Source: Wallemia ichthyophaga EXF-994 (Eukaryota > Fungi > Basidiomycota). From it: a stretch of 32,000 nt of DNA. Positions 25,076 through 32,000 of this stretch are shown here, piece by piece (position 1 is the first letter of the stretch; each line of letters begins with the position of its first letter). The position numbers and the translations under genes are program-made. The notes under the pieces were generated by a model, which did no database searches, had not been told where the DNA came from, and was given only the letters and a program-made list of their open reading frames with translations. The stretch is from the NCBI RefSeq assembly GCF_000400465.1, contig NW_008806276.1:240001-272000 (forward strand). Direction: 5' to 3'.

Positions 25076-25720
25076 ATGAATATCGTTGTCTTAATCTCTG
25101 GCTCTGGTTCAAATTTACAAGCGATTCTCGATTCTCTGCCGCATCAGCATTCTTCTACGCCGCTAGGAACTCCCGCTCATCTCCACTTGCCTCCTTCTGT
25201 AAACGTTAAGGCGGTAATATCAAACAAGTCAAATGTATTTGGTTTAGAAAGGGCTAAACGCTGTGATCCTCCTATCCCCACCCAAGTCCTCGCCCTCAAA
25301 ACATTCCTCAATCGAAACCCAGGTTCAAGTAGACAAGACTGGGAAATTGAACTCAGTAACATGGTAAACTCACACAAACCTGACCTCATCGTCTTGGCTG
25401 GCTTCATGATGATCCTTTCCCCTGCTTTCCTCAACAATATCCACCAAAAACCAATCATTAACCTCCATCCTGCCCTTCCCGGGGCCTTTGACGGTGCACA
25501 CGCAATTGAGAGGGCTTACGATGCCTTCAAACAAGGTCACATATCCAAAACTGGCTGCATGGTCCACTACGTCATCCCCCAAGTCGACCGTGGTGAGCCT
25601 ATTGTCGTTGCAGACGTGGACATACACAAACAAGACACGCTTGAATCTATGGAAAACAGAATACACGAGACTGAATGGCGGATTATCATTCAAGCCGTGA
25701 AAAAAGTTTTGAATGTCTAG
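25076..25720 (+). CDS. ADE8: Phosphoribosylglycinamide formyltransferase (PurN-type), intronless
   Basis: VVLISGSGSNLQAI, PDLIVLAGFMMIL, INLHPALPGAFDG, TGCMVHYVIPQVDRGEPI. Confidence 0.93.
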   Translation: MNIVVLISGSGSNLQAILDSLPHQHSSTPLGTPAHLHLPPSVNVKAVISNKSNVFGLERAKRCDPPIPTQVLALKTFLNRNPGSSRQDWEIELSNMVNSHKPDLIVLAGFMMILSPAFLNNIHQKPIINLHPALPGAFDGAHAIERAYDAFKQGHISKTGCMVHYVIPQVDRGEPIVVADVDIHKQDTLESMENRIHETEWRIIIQAVKKVLNV

Positions 25721-27087
25721 CACCGATACACACTTTCTCCCTTGACATATGTCGCCTTAACCTTCCCAGTGTATCTATCGACTATCACCAAATCCCCGTC
25801 TGAGCCTACATCTAAATTGCCTTTGTGTGTCAACTGAAGGAGTGATGCTGGGTGGTAGGAAGCGCATGCGAGTGCCCCACCGAAACACCTCGAGTTTGTG
25901 AATGACTTGAGATTCCTAACACATTCATCTAGCGTGCTAGCGCTTCCAGCGAGCGTGGTAGTGTTCTCCAAATACAGTCTAGCGCCCTGCTTGAATAGTC
26001 TCCTGCCATCGCGCCAGTCGTGGATACCGTCGCCGAGATGGGGGTCCATAAGGGGCATAGCGTCAGTTACGAGGATACACCCACTTGGATGAGCGTCATA
26101 AGCCAATCTTACAGCATTCGGATGAACATGCACGCCATCGACGATCAGCCCATAAAACGGCCTTTTCGGCTGATTGCCGAGCAAACCGATAACGCCGGGG
26201 TCACGGTGGTGCAGCTGCGGCATAGCGTTGAAAAGGTGCGTGATAAACCGCGCTCCGTCGTCCACACACTTACTCGCCAGGTCCACATCTGCATCTGAAT
26301 GTCCGATCGAGACGACAACGCCGGGCAGCTGCGCGAGAGGCGCAATTGCCCCAGCTATCCCATCCACATCTGGAGCTAGGGTGAGCAGCTTCACGCCGCT
26401 GTCGGGTGTACGCAGCTGCGTCGCTGCACTGTCATAAACTCCCTCGATCGAACTCAAACCCCGCGGCGCTGTGAGGAGGAACGGCGGCGCATGCGCTCCT
26501 TTTCGCGATCCTGCTATAAATGGCCCTTCGGCATGGTAGCCGAGGATGTGCGCTGAGTTTGCCTGCGAGCGTGGTCCAAGTAGCGGGATAATCTGGTGTG
26601 TTGGTGTTGGTGTTAGCGGCTTTCATCTTGGCGTAATCACTGTCTCCCACCTCCCGGTACAGATCTTGCTGCTGGGTTATTATCGTTGGCAGAAATGACG
26701 TCGTTCCGGTCTCAACTATCTTTCCAGCCACCCTGTCCAGCCCGGCGAGATACGCGTCCGTTTGCTCGTGCTTGCTCAAATTCTCAGTACCCAGTGGCGG
26801 CCACAGGCTGAAATCGAACCCATAAGCACCATTTATCTGGACATCTATCAACCCTGGCGAGAGTATATCACCAGCGCAATCGATTATTTGTGAAGGAAGC
26901 TCTTGGGCAGCGTAGAAAAAATCCTGTCCTGAGATGATTTTGCCCGTGTGCGTATCGACGTAGACATCCGCGTGGGCTAGCTGTGTGTTTGTGGTTAGTC
27001 GGGCGTGCTCTGCTCTACAATCACTATCACACCCACACTGCCATCACGTTGTAGACACACGCAGTTGGTGAACTTTGTTACTTTCAT
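25717..27087 (-). CDS. DAC1: N-acetylglucosamine-6-phosphate deacetylase (NagA/Dac1); two introns
   Basis: SPGLIDVQINGAYG, GTTSFLPTIIT, GYHAEGPF, GAH, LTLAPD, SIGHSDA, THLFNAM, DGVHVHP, LVTDAM, TLAGSA. Confidence 0.95.
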
Positions 27088-27324
27088 TTCGTAGCTTCGA
27101 TTAGTTATCTTTATAGTTGTCACTATCGTTCACGTTCTCCTTTTCCTTCTCGTTCTCGGCCAACACGCTTAATGCGGCGTAAATGTGTTAATTTCTGATG
27201 ATGACGTCGTACGCTCCTCGCTGTTTTCGCCGGATGCGGTAAGATCTGATGAGCGAGTTTCGGTGGGGTTTTAATTGAATAACTGACGCGCGCTTTCTTT
27301 ACCAAGTAACATTCAACGACACAA
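27088..27324. promoter_or_regulatory. Shared bidirectional promoter of the nagA/nagB pair
   Basis: 237-nt spacer between divergent ATGs; contains TGACGTCG (27202..27209, CRE-like), GTGGGG (27263..27268, CreA/Mig1-type) and CGG triplets. Short motifs, so function is unproven. Confidence 0.55.
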
Positions 27325-28259
27325 ATGAGACTGATCATCCGCGACGATAAGCCAGCTGTTGGAGGTTTCACAGCCAACTACATAGCTAAGCGCATAAACG
27401 AGTTCCAGCCAACAAACGATCACCCGCGCTTCGTGCTTGGTTTGCCGACGGGCAGCTCACCACTGCCTGTCTACCACAAACTGATCGACCTGCACAACCG
27501 CGGAAAGGTCTCATTCAAGCATGTCATCACATTCAACATGGATGAGTATGTTGGTATTCCCAAGTCGCATCCTGAATCGTACCACTCGTTCATGTTTGAC
27601 AATTTTTTCAGCAAGGTGGATATAGAGTGAGTAGTCTCTCGAGAGTGTATTCACGTGATTTACAGCTTTACTAACAAGAAACACCGCGTAGACCACACAA
27701 CGCTCACATCCTCGACGGTGAAGCGGAGAATCTGGTAGAAGAGTGTGCGCGCTACGAAGAGAAGATCGAGGCTGTTGGCGGAATAGATCTGTTTTTAGGT
27801 GGAATAGGTGAAGATGGTCACATTGCATTCAATGAGCCTGGTTCATCGCTCGCTTCGCGCACGCGCATGAAAACATTGGCCTACGACACCATCGTTGCCA
27901 ATGCGCGTTTCTTCGACAACGATATAGCCAAAGTACCCAAGATGGCTCTCACAGTGGGCATAGCGACGGTGATGGATGCACGTGAGGTTATAATCGTAAT
28001 CACGGGCAAACATAAGGCTCCCGCTCTCGCCAAGTCTATCGAGGAAGGCGTCAATCATATGTGGACTGTCTCTGCTATTCAGCAACACCCATGGGCTATG
28101 GTGGTGGCTGATGAAGATGCCACACTTGAACTACGCGTCGGGACCGTTAGATACTTCAAGTCGATCGAATCCGTACAGGCTCAGCAGGAACTTAAATACG
28201 GTAACGCTGCTCTCAGACCGAAGCAGAGATCTGTACATGCATCCTCGCCGCGCTTCTGA
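27325..28259 (+). CDS. NAG1: Glucosamine-6-phosphate deaminase (NagB/Nag1); intron 27627..27691
   Basis: [69 protein letters not shown]. Confidence 0.95.
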
Positions 28260-28429
28260 GAAGCATGTGCAATATCAGGTTGAGATTGAGACAAAACGGG
28301 AATCTCAATAGAAAACCCCAACTAGGAAAACTGAGATGTAGAAACACACGTGGAGACGTAAATGTACAGCCAATTTGATATATCTTCATTTTAGAAAGCG
28401 TTAATGCGCTCATTTGTTGTGCTCAATCT

Positions 28430-28447
28430 CTATCGCTATCGCTATCG
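28430..28447 (+). repeat. Perfect tandem (CTATCG)x3 directly abutting the SWD1 ATG
   Basis: Read directly from the sequence. Confidence 0.9.
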
Positions 28448-29987
28448 ATGGACTTAGCACTGGCGAGTGGGTGGAATGAGCAGAGGCAGCTCTAGACACA
28501 GCTAACCACGCCGCAGACCCATTCGCTTTAGACCGGCCAGAGACGCTCGAGCACACGCTAGACGCAGGAGCGACATGTGCGGCGTACAACCACGGGGGCA
28601 AGTACAAAGGCACGTTACTTGCGACCGGGCGGTTTGACGGGTTCGTGAATATCTGGGACATGCTCACTCTAGCGCCGCTGCGGGTGTTGGAGGCGCACGT
28701 GAAGGCTGTCGTGACGGTGAGGTGGGTGCTGAGAGCTGGGTGCTACGCGATGATTGACAAGTGCTAACCGCGCACCCGCCATCACCACAGCTGGTCAGCC
28801 AACTCGCGATATCTTCTGTCGGCGTGCAGGGACTGGAGCTGTGTGCTGTGGGACGTGGAGACGGGCGAGCGCGTGCATACTATCAAATACGACGCTCCAG
28901 TGCAGGAAGCCTTCCTGCACCCGTTCATTAGCACGTCTGTCGTTGCCACGCTGTCCACCCAGCAGACTTACCTCGTCGATCTCTCCCAGCTGAGACAAAA
29001 AGAGAAACTCGCCAAGACTGAGATAGGTATGCTCTGGGAGACGGATTCTAACGGCCAGGCTATTCAGCGGTCGCAGATGACAACCGCTATGTTTTCCCCG
29101 AGTGGCCGGTTCATTGTGGGGGGAACGTCGCAGGGCTGTCTGCTTATTTTTGAATTACCGAGTTTGAATGTGTGTGGGGAATTATACATCTAAATCACAG
29201 CACTCACCTATTACAGGTCATATCAGAGACTGCTATCTGCAATGGCGCAATCAAGCGGATTGCAATCGATAACAGAGACAGGTGGGAGGTACAGATTGAA
29301 AACACAACTCACACCTCACACCGCCCAGACTTGTCGCTTGTACTTCGCGAGATCGCACTATCCGCGTCGCTAGCATTTCCGACGACCTGCGCCAGATAAC
29401 CACGCTGTTCCGCTTCGCCGACGAGATCGACAGAACGATATGGAATGGCGTGACCTTCTCCAACGACAACGAGTACATAATAGGCGGTGGGTTTGCTTTG
29501 TAGGGTTTCTCAAGGTACTCAACGCTACAAAATTCCAGGCAGCGGACATAAAGCGGGACATTATATATACATATGGGACACGACATCGGGGACACTGATC
29601 AAGGTGGTCGAAGGACCGCGCAGTCCGCTGCACGACGTGATCTGGCATCCTACCAAACCACACATGGCGAGCATAGACAGTCATGGGCAGATACTGACGT
29701 GGACAACAAACAACAAACAGCGCTGGGCAGCATTTGCACCGGGATTTGAAGAGCTCGAGACGAACATCGAGTACAAAGAGAAGGAGGATGAGTTTGATAT
29801 TTACGTGGACCAGGATAACAAGGTGGTGAAGGGCGTGGAGGATGAGCGGGCGGTGGACGTGGATGGGGTGAACGAGGGAGGTGAGAGGAAGGTGCCTGAA
29901 TATCTACAAGGCTATGTCGATATCGACGACGATTACAACTTTTTCCCTTCGCAGCCAGACTTGAGCGATGTCGAGCAAGTTGAGTGA
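28448..29987 (+). CDS. SWD1: COMPASS/Set1C WD40 subunit Swd1/RBBP5 (multi-exon)
   Basis: Spliced MDLALANPF..; LATGRFDGFVNIWD, HVKAVVTVSWSANSRYLLSA, IYIWD, WHPTKP, WAAFAPGFEELETNIEYKEKEDEFD. Confidence 0.88.
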
Positions 29988-30102
29988 GGAAGGGTGTTTA
30001 GGCGTTGTAAATGAATATAAATTACAATTGAGCTGTGTTTGTGCAATATTGGCTGTGTTTGTCAGTCGACGGATTCTCCTCAAACCGCAACCACCAACAG
30101 CC

Positions 30103-30522
30103 ATGGAGTACGTCAGAGGCAAGCAGTGAGTGGGCTTGCAGCACTACGCACACCTCTGATGATATCCCAGAGACCTCCCACCGCCTGGTGGCTTTGAGAC
30201 AGTCAAATACAAGCGATCACTCCCGCTGAAAGGACCCAGCGGAGCAGTTATCTTCGGCACGATCCTCGCGATATCTGGCTGGGGATTCTACAAGCTCGGC
30301 CAAGGGAACCTTGAGATGCGAGAACTCGAGCGTGAAAAGATATGGTCACGCATCAACATAGTACCTGCACTGATGGCAGAGAACGACAGGGACATCTACA
30401 GGAGAGAGCGTGCGGCAATGGCACGTGAAAGCGAGATAATGAAAGATGTAAAGGGCTGGCAAGTCGGTCAGAGCGTGTACAATGGCAAGAGGTATAACAC
30501 GCCATCCATGTATGTCCTGTAG
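30103..30522 (+). CDS. NDUFA13: Complex I accessory subunit NDUFA13/GRIM-19 (B16.6); intron 30126..30170
   Basis: Spliced KQDLPPPGGFETVKYKRSLPLKGPSG, a TM segment, then EKIWSRINIVPALMAENDR..IMKDVKGWQVGQSVY. Confidence 0.9.
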
Positions 30523-30562
30523 GGAGCATGGGAGTGTAAATGTGCAAATTAAAATATATATG

Positions 30563-30871
30563 TTACAAATTCCTCATTACCTTCTTGAGATCGCGGCGTA
30601 CATCGCTCTTTATGCCGTCGTTGGCGACTCTCCCGCCGTCTCTCCTTACGAGAAGGTTTGAAGGGAGTGCGTTGATGGATTGAAGCTGTATGAATTCATC
30701 TACGAGTCCATTCCTACGGTAATTTGAATGGTTTGGCTGCTTTGTGTAGCTGGTTGGAATGGTTTGTGTGTCTATGCTTGAGAGCGGCACTGGCTGTATT
30801 AGGCTCTGTGCGCTGTGTGACTTATTCACTCTGCGTGCCACTGAGAATCCGCGCGTCTGGATCATTTTCAT
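30563..30871 (-). CDS. Putative small mitochondrially targeted protein (102 aa), function unknown
   Basis: ATG-initiated part of the minus ORF: MKMIQTRGFSVARRVNKSH is Arg-rich, acid-free and presequence-like, with an R-x-F-S motif. It occupies an otherwise empty gap of about 370 nt. No family recognised. Confidence 0.45.
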   Translation of the reverse strand: MKMIQTRGFSVARRVNKSHSAQSLIQPVPLSSIDTQTIPTSYTKQPNHSNYRRNGLVDEFIQLQSINALPSNLLVRRDGGRVANDGIKSDVRRDLKKVMRNL

Positions 30872-30890
30872 CTTGCACTCTTTCACCTCG

Positions 30891-31601
30891 ATGAACAAGA
30901 GAAAAAGCCAAATAGACCAAGACGATGGACAGAGCAAGAGGATAAGGACGGATGATACGAGTGGGTGTACAAACAAGAATAAGACGCTCTCCACTCGTAT
31001 TCGTAAGCTTCCACCGCCGATGCCATCCTCACGCACCGCTTCTGGGCGTGCATCCTCCGTAGCAACAACGAGCGCTGCGAAACGCACAAATGTTATCAAC
31101 GTAAGCAGGAAGAAGAGCGCGATCAATTATATCCGCAGAATTAAATCGCTAGTCCTCGAATTGGGCGCTACGAAGATTATACTCAATACACTCTCTGCGG
31201 CGATCCCATTCACGCTCCAGCTTATTCCAATGATTAGAAAGCACCTCGGTAACTCCACTAACGCCATCAGATTTCTTCTGCGCACTCGCACAGTCGACGT
31301 CATCGATCAAGTTCTCCCCACAGATAAAGAGGCTGATATCGAAATGCACCAGCGCAGTCAATCTGCTCTTAGGGTTGTTATGTTGGTCGGTGAGCGGCGT
31401 GAAGGTGAGCAGGGCGATAGTGATCAAGATGGGAATCAAGATGAGCAGCAGCAGCCACAGCCACACGCACACGCACACGTACACCCGCAGTCGCACACCA
31501 CAAAGCCAAAAAATAGAGGTGTCAAAAGGCGACTCAAAGATGAGCGCAAAAGAGAACAGAAGCGCGCGGAGAATGAGGCTTACAACGAAACAAATAAATA
31601 A
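30891..31601 (+). CDS. RNase P/MRP subunit Pop7/Rpp20-like (Alba-fold) protein
   Basis: LSTRIRKLPPP..NVINVSRKKSAINYIRRIKSLV..LNTLSAAIPFTLQL..RTRTVDVIDQV..RSQSALRV resembles Rpp20/Pop7. The start at 30891 is preferred over the upstream in-frame ATGs at 30759 and 30774. Confidence 0.62.
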   Translation: MNKRKSQIDQDDGQSKRIRTDDTSGCTNKNKTLSTRIRKLPPPMPSSRTASGRASSVATTSAAKRTNVINVSRKKSAINYIRRIKSLVLELGATKIILNTLSAAIPFTLQLIPMIRKHLGNSTNAIRFLLRTRTVDVIDQVLPTDKEADIEMHQRSQSALRVVMLVGERREGEQGDSDQDGNQDEQQQPQPHAHAHVHPQSHTTKPKNRGVKRRLKDERKREQKRAENEAYNETNK

Positions 31602-31630
31602 CCTAATCAATACATGTAATCTACACTACA

Positions 31631-32000
31631 TTACTCAATAAGCATACTCTCCTCGTCATCTAGATGGCGCGTCATATCGATGTTGCTATTGCTCTGACTG
31701 AGAATAGACGAGTCATCGCGGAAGGAGAGTGTGTTATTAGTGTGATTGGTGTGGTTGGTATTGTTATTGTTATCACCACCTACTCCCCCTACCCTCCACG
31801 CTTCCGGCAGGCGATTGAATTTCTCCGCCGACGTAGCGCGCACATTGCAGCTGACTGCCAACTTGAGCAACTCCGTCGTCATAGCGTCACCTGGGAGTAT
31901 GGAGAGGGATTTGTGATAGACCTCGATGGCGTCTTCCATCTCGCCTAGCTCATTGTGGACGAGTCCGAGAGTGGTGAGTGTGGCAGTACATGAATCATCG
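31631..32000 (-). CDS. C-terminal TPR end of an APC/C subunit, probably Cdc16/Cut9 (APC6); 5' part outside window
   Basis: ATHTTLGLVHNELGEMEDAIEVYHKSLSILPGDAMTTELLKLAV is a terminal TPR followed by an Asn-rich tail. Confidence 0.68.
   Translation of the reverse strand, partial: DDSCTATLTTLGLVHNELGEMEDAIEVYHKSLSILPGDAMTTELLKLAVSCNVRATSAEKFNRLPEAWRVGGVGGDNNNNTNHTNHTNNTLSFRDDSSILSQSNSNIDMTRHLDDEESMLIE

Noticed and set aside
23419-25720. LYS12 and ADE8 as a biosynthetic gene cluster
   Set aside because: They belong to unrelated pathways and are separated by OST2; proximity is expected in such a dense genome.
27196-27286. ATGATGA and CTGA boxes in the nagA-nagB spacer suggesting a C/D snoRNA
   Set aside because: No terminal stem, the putative D' and C' boxes overlap, and I see no rRNA-complementary guide; a snoRNA scan would settle it.

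Overview
Eukaryotic (fungal, basidiomycete-type) nuclear DNA with extreme gene density and many short introns (mostly 43-60 nt). I can build about 26 spliced gene models in 32 kb: SPB1 (3' part), APM3, MTG1, a small orphan gene, NOP7/PES1, a STEEP1/CXorf56-like gene, NOB1, a Zn2Cys6 transcription factor, a secreted chitin deacetylase, GPI14/PIG-M, a STE20/GCK kinase, an EMC8/9-like gene, MsrA, TAF13, an SFI1-like gene, a lysine methyltransferase, LYS12, OST2/DAD1, ADE8, a divergent GlcNAc catabolic pair (nagA/DAC1 and nagB/NAG1), SWD1, NDUFA13/GRIM-19, a putative small mitochondrial protein, a POP7/RPP20-like gene and CDC16/APC6 (3' part). An intron-rich yet very compact layout suggests Wallemia; this is inference, not verified. 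I found no tRNA, rRNA, transposon or CRISPR features. The most unusual signals are architectural: head-to-head start codons only 19-48 nt apart; a symmetric pair of 9-codon uORFs at OST2/ADE8, each ending in an AUGA stop-start overlap on a main start codon; two stop codons interlocked in one CTAG palindrome (ADE8/nagA); and a four-gene co-oriented run with 43-72 nt spacers. All gene calls come from hand translation and motif recognition; no database search was run.
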